Program-made: the position numbers and the translations under genes
NCBI GenBank assembly: GCA_041741015.1
Contig: JBGSKX010000006.1
Location: 2,495 to 66,494 of the forward strand
DNA length: 64,000 nucleotides
Reading direction: 5' to 3'
Source: Pirellulales bacterium
Lineage (GTDB): Bacteria > Planctomycetota > Planctomycetia > Pirellulales > PALSA-1355
Part shown: in pieces, positions 37,213-45,556 of the stretch
Layout: the number at the start of each line of letters is the position of its first letter
Position numbering within the stretch: the first letter of the stretch is position 1
The notes under the pieces: generated by a model
What the model was told of the DNA's origin: nothing
The model's input: only the letters and a program-made list of their open reading frames with translations
The model's database searches: none

Positions 37213-38637
37213 ATGTCCAGCTACGACACGATCATCATTGGCGCGGGATTGTCAGGACTGGCGGCCGGCATTCGGCTCGCGCACTACGATCGGCGGGTGT
37301 GCATCCTCGAACGGCACACCACGATCGGCGGACTGAACTCGTTCTATCGCCTGGGCGGGCGAAACTACGACGTCGGCCTCCACGCCGTGACGAATTACAC
37401 CCCCAAAGGCGCTCGCAAAGGCCCGCTCGCCCGGCTGTTACGCCAGTTGCGGTTCCGCTGGGAAGACTTCGCCCTGGTGCCGCAGATCGGCTCACAGATC
37501 GCATTTCCGGGCATTTCGCTCAATTTCACAAACGACTTCGAATTGTTCCGCAGCGAAGTGCACCAGGCGTTTCCCGCCGAACGGGCGAATTTCGACAAGT
37601 TGTCCGCGGCGATTATGGACTACGACGACCTGGATGGCGCGCTTGCCTCGCAGTCGGCCCGGAGTATCGTGACGCAGTGGATCCGCGACCCGCTGCTGAT
37701 CGACATGTTGTTCTGCCCGCTGCAGTACTACGGCGGCGCCCGCGAGCACGACATGGACTTCGGGCAATTCTCGATCATGTTCCGCAGCATCTTTCAGGAA
37801 GGTTTCGCGCGACCCTGGTCGGGCATCCGCCAGATTCTTAAGAACCTGGTACGTCGGTTTAAAGAACTGGGGGGCGAGCTGCGTTTGCGAGCCGGCGTGC
37901 AACGGATGGAAGTCGACGACGATCGTGTGAGCCGGATTGTGCTGGACGACGGCAGTGAGATCACGGCCGATCGTGTGCTTTCCTCGGCGGGGCTCGTGGA
38001 AACTCTGGCGATGGTCGATCAGCGGCCCGCGCGGACTCCGCAGCCGGGTCAGCTGTCGTTCGTCGAGGGGATCGCCGTGCTGAATGAGCAGCCGCAGACA
38101 CTCGGTTGCGATCGCTCGGTCATCTTCTTCAACGATTCGGACAAGTTCCGCTGGCAGAAGCCGGATGAACTGGTGGATGTGACGAGCGGGGTGGTCTGCC
38201 TGCCGAACAATTTCAAGTTCGATCGCCCGCTGGAAGACGCCATGGTTCGCGTGACAGCGCTGGCAAACTACGACCGGTGGCGCTCGCTGCCGCCGGTCGA
38301 CTATCAGGCTGCCAAACAGGCGACTTACGAACGGATTATGGAGATAGTCGGGCGATTCATTCCGGAGTACCGGGCGCGCACCGTGGCCAGCGACATGTTC
38401 ACGCCGATGACTGTCGAACGGTTCACCGGTCACGCCAATGGCGCCATTTACGGTTCGCCCGAGAAACGCAAGCACGGGACGACGCATCTGAAGAACTTAT
38501 TCCTGTGTGGCACCGACCAGGGGTTCGTGGGCATCATCGGCGCGATGTTCAGCGGCATCATGATCGCCAATCGGCACGTGCTGGGCACTGTTTCCACGGA
38601 CCTCGAACAAGTCGCGGCCGTCGGCGTCGACTTCTAA
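37213..38637 (+). CDS. FAD-dependent oxidoreductase of the phytoene desaturase (CrtI) family
   Basis: N-terminal dinucleotide fold DTIIIGAGLSGLAAGIRLA ... ILERHTTIGG. The length (474 aa) and overall layout are CrtI-like. Confidence 0.75.
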   Translation: MSSYDTIIIGAGLSGLAAGIRLAHYDRRVCILERHTTIGGLNSFYRLGGRNYDVGLHAVTNYTPKGARKGPLARLLRQLRFRWEDFALVPQIGSQIAFPGISLNFTNDFELFRSEVHQAFPAERANFDKLSAAIMDYDDLDGALASQSARSIVTQWIRDPLLIDMLFCPLQYYGGAREHDMDFGQFSIMFRSIFQEGFARPWSGIRQILKNLVRRFKELGGELRLRAGVQRMEVDDDRVSRIVLDDGSEITADRVLSSAGLVETLAMVDQRPARTPQPGQLSFVEGIAVLNEQPQTLGCDRSVIFFNDSDKFRWQKPDELVDVTSGVVCLPNNFKFDRPLEDAMVRVTALANYDRWRSLPPVDYQAAKQATYERIMEIVGRFIPEYRARTVASDMFTPMTVERFTGHANGAIYGSPEKRKHGTTHLKNLFLCGTDQGFVGIIGAMFSGIMIANRHVLGTVSTDLEQVAAVGVDF

Positions 38638-38667
38638 GAGAAAGGCGCGCTCCGCCGCGATTGCTGT

Positions 38668-40113
38668 ATGGCCCGAGACTTTCTAAAAGGCGCGCGAGAC
38701 AGCTACGACTGCATCGTCATCGGCAGCGGTCTGGCCGGAATGACGGCCGCCAATACGCTGGCTCGTGCCGGGCAGTCGGTACTGCTGCTCGAGCAGCATT
38801 ACAAGCTGGGGGGCATGGCCACCTGGTTCAAACGCCCCGGCGGGCACATTTTCGACATCTCGCTGCATGGTTTTCCGGTCGGGATGATCAAGAGCTGCCG
38901 CCGCTATTGGTCGAAGGAGATTGCCGATTCGATCGTGCAGCTCAGGAACATCCGCTTCGACAATCCGATGTTCTCGCTGACGACGACGTTCAATCGCGAG
39001 GATTTCACGCGGCTGCTGATCGAGAAATTCCAGGTACCCGAGGCCGACGTGGTGGCGTTTTTCGACGCCGCACGCGGCATGAACTTCTACGACGATCAGT
39101 CGACCACCGTCGGCCAACTGTTCCAGAAGTTTTTTCCCGGTCGCGAAGACGTGATCCGGCTGCTGATGGAGCCGATTACGTACGCCAACGGTTCGACGCT
39201 GGAGGATCCTGCGATCAGCTATGGCATCGTGTTTTCGAACTTCATGTCCAAGGGCGTATTCACGTTCGAGGGCGGAACCGATCGGCTGATCGATCTGATG
39301 CACAAGGAGCTTGTGGCCAGCGGCGTCGACGTGCGAATTCGTTGCGACGTGGAAAAAATCCTGGTCCGCGACGGCCGCGTATGTGGAGTGCGGGTCAACG
39401 GTCGTGACATCGCCGCCCGCTCGGTCGTCTCGAATGCGAATCTGAAAAGCACGATCTTCCGCATGGTCGGCGAGGAGCATTTCGACCGCAAGTTCGTCGA
39501 CGACGCGCAGGCCGTGCGGCTCAATAATTCAAGTTGCCAGGTGTATATGGCGCTCAAGCCGGGAAGCGACCTGGATGAGAGCCTGGGCGACCTGCTGTTC
39601 AGTTCAACTGCGCCGTTATTTCGGACGGACGCATTGCTGTCGCGAGACATCACTAGCCGAACGTATTCTTTCTACTATCCCCGCACGCGGCCCGGCAGCG
39701 ATCGATCGCTGATTGTGTCGAGCACAAACGCTCGCTACGAGGACTGGGCGAAACTCTCGAAGGAAGAATACGAGGACAGCAAGCGAGACCTGGTTGAAAC
39801 AACGATCGATGCTCTCGCACGCTATATTCCCGACATTCGCGCGCGACTGGCGCATGCCGAGGCCTCCACGCCAATTACCTTCCGTCATTACACCCAGCAC
39901 TTAAATGGGGCCAGCTTCGGCACGAAGTTCGAGGGGCTCGCCGTGAGCAGGGCAATTCCAGAACAGGTCGGCGGCTTGTATCACGCGGGCAGTGTTGGAA
40001 TCATCATGTCTGGCTGGCTGGGCGCGATGAACTACGGTGTGATCGTGGCCAACGACGTCGATTCCTGGTTGCTGAAATCCGCAACGCGCCCGCCTCTCGC
40101 CGCCACCGCGTGA
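38668..40113 (+). CDS. FAD-dependent oxidoreductase of the phytoene desaturase (CrtI) family (second copy)
   Basis: [19 protein letters not shown] ... [10 protein letters not shown]. It is 481 aa and similar in architecture to the previous gene. Confidence 0.75.
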   Translation: MARDFLKGARDSYDCIVIGSGLAGMTAANTLARAGQSVLLLEQHYKLGGMATWFKRPGGHIFDISLHGFPVGMIKSCRRYWSKEIADSIVQLRNIRFDNPMFSLTTTFNREDFTRLLIEKFQVPEADVVAFFDAARGMNFYDDQSTTVGQLFQKFFPGREDVIRLLMEPITYANGSTLEDPAISYGIVFSNFMSKGVFTFEGGTDRLIDLMHKELVASGVDVRIRCDVEKILVRDGRVCGVRVNGRDIAARSVVSNANLKSTIFRMVGEEHFDRKFVDDAQAVRLNNSSCQVYMALKPGSDLDESLGDLLFSSTAPLFRTDALLSRDITSRTYSFYYPRTRPGSDRSLIVSSTNARYEDWAKLSKEEYEDSKRDLVETTIDALARYIPDIRARLAHAEASTPITFRHYTQHLNGASFGTKFEGLAVSRAIPEQVGGLYHAGSVGIIMSGWLGAMNYGVIVANDVDSWLLKSATRPPLAATA

Positions 40114-40572
40114 ATGAGATCCCCCATGAGCTTGCAAGAGATCGAACAAGCGATTCCGCATCGTCCGCCGTTCCTGCTGGTCGACGAAATCGTGGACCGC
40201 GGTGAGGACTGGATCATCTGCCGGAAGACGTTCCACGGGGACGAGTACTTTTACGCTGGCCACTATCCGGAGTTTCCAATCACGCCGGGCGTGTTACTGT
40301 GCGAAGCAGCGATGCAGGCCGGCGCGATTTTGCTCTCGCATCGCGAAACGCCACCGGAGGGTGGAATTCCAGTTGCGGCGGGTTTGAACAACGTGCGTTT
40401 CCGGCGGATGGTTCGGCCGGGCGACACCATCGAAATGGAAGTCAGGCTCACAAACCGCATCTCGAAAGCCTGGTTCCTATCGGCAAAAGTTTCCTGCGGC
40501 GGGCAGCTTGCCGTCCGCATGGACTTCATCTGCGCCGTGGCCCAGCCGGAAATGAATGGCAACGGCAACTAA
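40114..40572 (+). CDS. FabZ/FabA-like 3-hydroxyacyl-ACP dehydratase (hotdog fold)
   Basis: [14 protein letters not shown] and [20 protein letters not shown] (catalytic His and Glu context). The start abuts the previous stop (TGAATG). Confidence 0.85.
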   Translation: MRSPMSLQEIEQAIPHRPPFLLVDEIVDRGEDWIICRKTFHGDEYFYAGHYPEFPITPGVLLCEAAMQAGAILLSHRETPPEGGIPVAAGLNNVRFRRMVRPGDTIEMEVRLTNRISKAWFLSAKVSCGGQLAVRMDFICAVAQPEMNGNGN

Positions 40573-40588
40573 CGGGACCCGGTGCCGA

Positions 40589-41404
40589 ATGGCCACTGAT
40601 TTTCTGCAACTGGCCGGCAAAACGATCCTCGTGTTCGGCTTGGCAAATCGCAAGAGCGTCGCCTGGCACGTGGGCCAGGTGCTGCGAGAGGCCGACGCAA
40701 ATGTGGTTTATGTCGTACGCAGCGAACAACGCCGCGACGGAGTGCGGAAGCTGCTTGGACCGGAGACGGACATTTACGTCTGCGACGTCGAGCATCAGGA
40801 CCAGATCGAGCGAATCGCCGCTGAAGTCTCTGCGCGGCATCCCAAGCTGCATGGCCTCGTGCATTCGATCGCGTTTGCCGACTACGGCGAAGGGCCGAGG
40901 CCGTTTCATGAAACGTCGCGGTCGGCATTCCTGCGCGCGGTGGATATTTCCTGTTTTTCACTGGTGGCGCTGGCCAACGCGTTTAAGCCCGCGCTGGATG
41001 TGAGTGCGTCGGTCGTAGCGATCTCGATCTCAACCACACGGATGGCGGCCGAGAACTACGGCTACATGGCGCCGGTGAAGGCTGCGCTCGATTCTTCGCT
41101 CGTGTTCCTAGCGAAGTCGTTTAGCCGGTTCTCCGAAGTACGGTTCAATGCCGTCTCGCCGGGCTTGCTCAAAACTTCGGCCTCGGCCGGCATTCCCGGC
41201 TACATCGACAGCTACCTGTACGCCGAGCAGGTAACTCTTCGCCGCCGCGCGCTTCAAACCGCGGAAGTGGCGAGCACCGTCGCATTTTTGTTGAGCCCGC
41301 GCTCCAGCGGCATCAATGCTCAGCAATTGGTAATCGACGCCGGCATGAGCGTGAATTATTTCGACGAGCGGATTGTGCAGCGGTGCGTGGACTTGGCCGA
41401 GTGA
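40589..41404 (+). CDS. FabI-like enoyl-ACP reductase (SDR)
   Basis: [34 protein letters not shown] (the Y..K of FabI) and [12 protein letters not shown] align with my memory of E. coli FabI. ATG at 40589. Confidence 0.8.
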   Translation: MATDFLQLAGKTILVFGLANRKSVAWHVGQVLREADANVVYVVRSEQRRDGVRKLLGPETDIYVCDVEHQDQIERIAAEVSARHPKLHGLVHSIAFADYGEGPRPFHETSRSAFLRAVDISCFSLVALANAFKPALDVSASVVAISISTTRMAAENYGYMAPVKAALDSSLVFLAKSFSRFSEVRFNAVSPGLLKTSASAGIPGYIDSYLYAEQVTLRRRALQTAEVASTVAFLLSPRSSGINAQQLVIDAGMSVNYFDERIVQRCVDLAE

Positions 41405-41587
41405 TCTCTTCTGAGAACCGCTCTGATTTGTTTGCGTGCGAATCTCACCGGCAGCGCCGAGCTGCTTGACCGGAAAGTTGGTCGCTTGCGATTCCAAATG
41501 TGGTCTCGCGGCAACCAGTCCGATCGGGTGGCGAGCAGCGATCAAGGCGCAATCCCTTACAGCCACTGGCTTTCGGTCCGGATATTG

Positions 41588-41616
41588 TTGACACTCGACA
41601 GAGAAGCTCTTAGTTT
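41588..41616 (+). promoter_or_regulatory. Sigma-70-type promoter candidate for kaiCB
   Basis: TTGACA (41588-41593), a 17-nt spacer, then TAGTTT (41611-41616). It sits in a local AT-rich island about 130 nt upstream of the kaiC start region. Confidence 0.35.
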
Positions 41617-41742
41617 AAAATTTCGCAGAATCGGTCGCGGCTATCCTTCCGGTGTCTTTTTTGCACAGGGACGCCGCCGCGATTGATACGACGATGCGGG
41701 CGTACAAGGCGGGTCTCCCCGCTGTCTAGTCTGTTCGGAGAC

Positions 41743-43491
41743 GTGACATTGAGTGTTTCCACCGCAAAATCTGCTGCGCCGCAATTGGCGAAGGCCCCGA
41801 CCGGCATCGATGGCTTCGACCAGATCACCGGGGGCGGGCTGCCGCAGGGGCGCCCCTCGCTGGTGTGCGGCAGCGCCGGCTGCGGCAAAACACTGTTCGG
41901 TCTCGAGTTCATCATTCATGGAGCGACCCAGTTTAATGAGCCCGGCGTGATCATGACGTTCGAGGAGACCGAGCGTGATCTGACCGAAAACGTGCGTTCG
42001 CTGGGCCACGACCTGGAGCAGCTCTCGGCCGATGGAAAAATCATGATCGATCACGTGCGCGTCGAGCGGAGCGAGATCGAAGAGGCGGGCGAATACAACC
42101 TCGACGGCTTGTTCCTCAGGCTCGGACTGGCGATCGATGCTATCTGCGCAAAGCGCGTGATGCTCGACACGCTCGAAGCGCTGTTCTCGGGATTCACCAA
42201 CGAAGCCATCTTGCGCGCCGAGCTGCGGCGACTGTTTTTGTGGCTTAAAGATCGCGAAGTCACGACGGTGATCACCGGCGAGCGTGGCGACGGCGCACTC
42301 ACGCGGCAGGGTCTGGAAGAGTACGTCTCCGACTGCGTGGTCCTGCTCGATCATCGAGTGCTGGACCAGGTGTCGACGCGTCGATTGCGGATTGTGAAGT
42401 ATCGCGGCAGCGCGCATGGCACGAATGAGTATCCGTTCCTGATCGATGAAGACGGTATTTCCGTGCTCCCGATCACATCGTTGAGCCTGAAGCACCAGGC
42501 CTCTGAAGAGCGAATCTCGACTGGCATCGCACGGCTCGACGAGATGCTGGGCGGCGGATTCTATCGGGGCACGAGCATTCTCATCTCGGGAACTGCCGGG
42601 ACCGGCAAGAGCAGCTTGGCGGCGTATATGGTAGAGGCGGCGTGTCGGCGCGGCGAACGCTGCTTGTACTTTGCCTTCGAGGAGGCTCCCGCACAGATCG
42701 TGCGAAACATGCGGAGCATTGGCCTGAACCTGGGGCAGTGGACTGACAACGGCTTGCTGCAGTTTCATGCCCAGCGCCCTTCGCTGTACGGACTCGAGAT
42801 GCACCTGGCCGTGATGCACAAAGCCATCGAGGATGCCAAGCCGTCGGTGGTTGTGATCGATCCGATCAGCAACCTCTCGAGCGGCGGCACACTGGGCGAA
42901 GCGGGCGCGATGCTGGTGCGGATCATCGACTTTCTCAAGGTCAAAGGCATTACCACGCTGCTTACGAATCTGACTTCGGACGCCTCGGCCCGCGAGTCGA
43001 CCGACGTCGGCGTTTCCTCGCTGGTCGATTCCTGGATTCTGCTGCGCGACATCGAACTTGGCGGCGAGCGCAACCGCGGGTTGTACATCATCAAATCGCG
43101 CGGCACCGCCCACTCCAACCAGATTCGCGAGTTCCTCTTGACCGACAAGGGAATCGATTTGCTGGATGTTTACGTCGGCCCCGAAGGCGTGCTCACAGGC
43201 TCGATGCGATTGGCCCAGGAAGCCCGCGAGCGGGCGGTCGAAGTTGCCAAAAGCCAGGAGGACGACCGCCGCGCTCGGATTCTGGATCGGAAGCGGAAGG
43301 CGATTGCGGCGCAGATCGCGGCACTGGAAGCGGAACTGTCGGCCGACGAGACCGAGGCCGAGGAGGACGCCGAGAAACTGTCGCAGCGGATTGCTCGGAT
43401 GGCGCAGGATCGACACGAAATGGCAGTTAGCCGCAAAGCAGATGGAAATGGCATATCAAACAAGGGGATGAAAGTCGGAGACCAGGGATGA
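41743..43491 (+). CDS. kaiC: Circadian-clock-type ATPase KaiC (double RecA domain) with a C-terminal coiled-coil-like extension
   Basis: The N-terminal CI domain has [22 protein letters not shown] and TFEETERD. The CII domain has [18 protein letters not shown] and FAFEEAPAQ. The phosphosite region is [16 protein letters not shown]. The start is uncertain: in-frame GTG 41743, TTG 41749 (GGAGA 9 nt upstream), or the track TTG 41683. Confidence 0.9.
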   Translation: MTLSVSTAKSAAPQLAKAPTGIDGFDQITGGGLPQGRPSLVCGSAGCGKTLFGLEFIIHGATQFNEPGVIMTFEETERDLTENVRSLGHDLEQLSADGKIMIDHVRVERSEIEEAGEYNLDGLFLRLGLAIDAICAKRVMLDTLEALFSGFTNEAILRAELRRLFLWLKDREVTTVITGERGDGALTRQGLEEYVSDCVVLLDHRVLDQVSTRRLRIVKYRGSAHGTNEYPFLIDEDGISVLPITSLSLKHQASEERISTGIARLDEMLGGGFYRGTSILISGTAGTGKSSLAAYMVEAACRRGERCLYFAFEEAPAQIVRNMRSIGLNLGQWTDNGLLQFHAQRPSLYGLEMHLAVMHKAIEDAKPSVVVIDPISNLSSGGTLGEAGAMLVRIIDFLKVKGITTLLTNLTSDASARESTDVGVSSLVDSWILLRDIELGGERNRGLYIIKSRGTAHSNQIREFLLTDKGIDLLDVYVGPEGVLTGSMRLAQEARERAVEVAKSQEDDRRARILDRKRKAIAAQIAALEAELSADETEAEEDAEKLSQRIARMAQDRHEMAVSRKADGNGISNKGMKVGDQG

Positions 43492-43820
43492 GCGAATCGC
43501 ACATACAAGTCAATGATGGCGCAAAAGCCGACGAGGGCTTTTGGGAACTGAGGCTCTATGTGGCCGGACAGACTGGCAAGAGCATGATCGCGATGCAGAA
43601 TCTGCAGCGCATCTGCGACGAGCATCTGGCTGGGCAGTACCGAATCGAAGTGGTCGATCTGCTCAAACAGCCGCAACTGGCCAAGGGGGATCAGATCGTC
43701 GCGATTCCCACCTTGGTGCGCTCGCTGCCCAACCCGGTCCGCAAGATCATTGGCGATCTTTCCAATACCGAAAAGACGCTGGTCGGTTTGCAATTGCGTC
43801 CCGCCGTCGGCTCGAGCTAA
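43488..43820 (+). CDS. kaiB: KaiB
   Basis: [27 protein letters not shown] ... [40 protein letters not shown]. The ATG overlaps the kaiC stop (ATGA). Confidence 0.92.
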   Translation: MSESHIQVNDGAKADEGFWELRLYVAGQTGKSMIAMQNLQRICDEHLAGQYRIEVVDLLKQPQLAKGDQIVAIPTLVRSLPNPVRKIIGDLSNTEKTLVGLQLRPAVGSS

Positions 43821-43834
43821 GGACTTCGCTCCGA

Positions 43835-45505
43835 ATGACCGATGTCACACGAACGATGGATGCACCCGCCGCGGAACTGCAACGCGAGAACGCGTATTTG
43901 CGGCAGCGCGTCGCCGAGCTTGAAGAGACACTCGAAGTCCTGACCGCGATCCGCACTGGACAGGTGGATGCGTTGATCGTGGACGACGATACTGATCGCC
44001 CGGAGGTGCGCACCCTGGAATCTGCGGACAGGATCCATCTGCGCCTGGCGCAGCAGGCCGCCAACGCCGGGACCTGGGAATGGGATCTGGCGAACCGGTA
44101 CGTGCGCGGCTCGGAAAGCTTCTGGTCGCTGTTGGGAATCACGCCCGCGCCCGCGCAATTGCCCGAAGAATATTGGCCAGACCTGATGGCGACCGAAGAC
44201 CAAGAGCGGATCCAGACGCGGCTGCAACAGGCGCTCAAAGCTGAAGATGAGTTTTATGAGGAACTGCGGATCACGCGCGTCGATAGTGAGCCGCGCTGGC
44301 TGGCGGTGCGGGGACGTATCGTACGCGGGTTTGAAGGCAGGGCAGCGCGCGTGATTGGGATCAGCCTGGACATTACCGAGCGAAAAGCGATTGAAGACGC
44401 TCTGCGGCTGGCCGATCGGCGCAAGGATGAGTTTCTGGCCATGCTGGCACACGAACTGCGCAATCCGTTGGCTGCCATCGGCAACGCGTTTCGGTTGTTT
44501 CGGGGTGTCAGCCTGAGCGAATCGGAGCGAGACTGGACCGGAGAAGTTCTGGAGCGGCAGATTCTGCAGCTTCAAAGCCTGATTGACGATCTGCTCGACA
44601 TCTCGCGGATTACCCAAGGCAAGGTCAAGCTACGGCGGAGAACGCTGGAAATCAATGAGCTGTTGGGACGCGTGACGGAAACCTTGCGGCCGCGGTTTGC
44701 CGCCGCGCAGCAGAATTTGTCCGTCGAGCTCTCCGGGGAGTCGCTGTGGGTTCATGCCGATGAATCGCGGCTCGAGCAAGTGTTCGTCAATTTGCTGACG
44801 AATGCGGCCAAATACACCAAAATGGGCGGCCGTATCTGGCTCAGCGGCCGCCGCGAAGGTAATGAGGTGGTCATCATCGTCAAGGACACCGGCATCGGCA
44901 TTGTGCCGGAAATGCTGCCCCGCGTGTTTGAACTGTTTGCCCAGGCCGAGCGCGGGCTGGAGCGAACAGAAGGAGGCCTCGGGATCGGCCTTTCACTGGT
45001 TCGCCGAATTGTGGAACTGCACGAGGGGAGTGTTACCGCGTACAGTGAAGGTTCGGGGCAGGGGAGCGAGTTCACGGTTCGCTTGCCCGCGTGTGAATCG
45101 CAAAAGAAGTCCGTTCCACTGGAGGCTCCCGTTATCGAAACCTCGGCAAATCCACGTCGCGTATTGATCGTCGATGACAATCGCGACGCTGCTCAGACCA
45201 TGGCCCTGCTGATCAAGCTTTCGGGTCACGAGACGGCCACCGCGCACGACGGACCGGAAGCGCTGGCCATGCTGGACGTAGTGAAACCGGAGGTGGCGCT
45301 GCTCGATATCGGCTTGCCCAAGATGGACGGCTATGAGCTGGCGCGACGAATTCGTGAGCGGGTGAGCGACGTCTATCTGATCGCGGTGTCCGGATATGGG
45401 CAGCCGGAGGATAAAGCGCGTTCCAGCGAAGCAGGCTTCGACGAGCACTTTGTCAAGCCGGTCGATTCGACGCAGTTGATTGCGAGCTTGACGCGCCGGC
45501 GCTAG
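43835..45505 (+). CDS. Hybrid sensor histidine kinase/response regulator (coiled coil, PAS, HisKA, HATPase, REC)
   Basis: From the ATG at 43835. PAS-like GTWEWDL ... ITERK and the H-box FLAMLAHELRNPL. The N and G boxes are NLLTNAAKYT, DTGIGI and GLGIGLSLV. The REC domain has VLIVDDNRD ... ALLDIGLPKMDG ... FVKP. The track start at 43541 overlaps kaiB and is probably an over-extension. Confidence 0.88.
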   Translation: MTDVTRTMDAPAAELQRENAYLRQRVAELEETLEVLTAIRTGQVDALIVDDDTDRPEVRTLESADRIHLRLAQQAANAGTWEWDLANRYVRGSESFWSLLGITPAPAQLPEEYWPDLMATEDQERIQTRLQQALKAEDEFYEELRITRVDSEPRWLAVRGRIVRGFEGRAARVIGISLDITERKAIEDALRLADRRKDEFLAMLAHELRNPLAAIGNAFRLFRGVSLSESERDWTGEVLERQILQLQSLIDDLLDISRITQGKVKLRRRTLEINELLGRVTETLRPRFAAAQQNLSVELSGESLWVHADESRLEQVFVNLLTNAAKYTKMGGRIWLSGRREGNEVVIIVKDTGIGIVPEMLPRVFELFAQAERGLERTEGGLGIGLSLVRRIVELHEGSVTAYSEGSGQGSEFTVRLPACESQKKSVPLEAPVIETSANPRRVLIVDDNRDAAQTMALLIKLSGHETATAHDGPEALAMLDVVKPEVALLDIGLPKMDGYELARRIRERVSDVYLIAVSGYGQPEDKARSSEAGFDEHFVKPVDSTQLIASLTRRR

Positions 45506-45510
45506 GCCGA

Positions 45511-45543
45511 GAAAGCGGCGAATCGCGAGTGGGCAACCGCTTT
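45511..45543. terminator. Hairpin between convergent genes (possible bidirectional terminator)
   Basis: gaaagcgg / ccgctttc 8-bp stem between the kinase stop (45505) and the topA stop (45557). There is no strong U-run. Confidence 0.3.
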
Positions 45544-45556
45544 CAGAAGGTCGCGT

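Noticed and set aside
41641-43416. 591 aa minus-strand ORF antisense to kaiC
   Set aside because: No recognisable motifs, whereas the plus strand encodes a full double-domain KaiC with both Walker motifs. Shadow ORF.
43541-43834. N-terminal 98-codon extension of the histidine kinase ORF overlapping kaiB. Similar over-extensions occur at 3687-3797, 21849-21956, 25564-25638, 27359-27511, 49844-50047, 59010-59459, 61000-61482 and 63483-63713.
   Set aside because: The extensions overlap neighbouring genes or the SRP RNA and lack family similarity. Internal starts line up with the normal N-termini of the families, often with a Shine-Dalgarno-like GGAG upstream.
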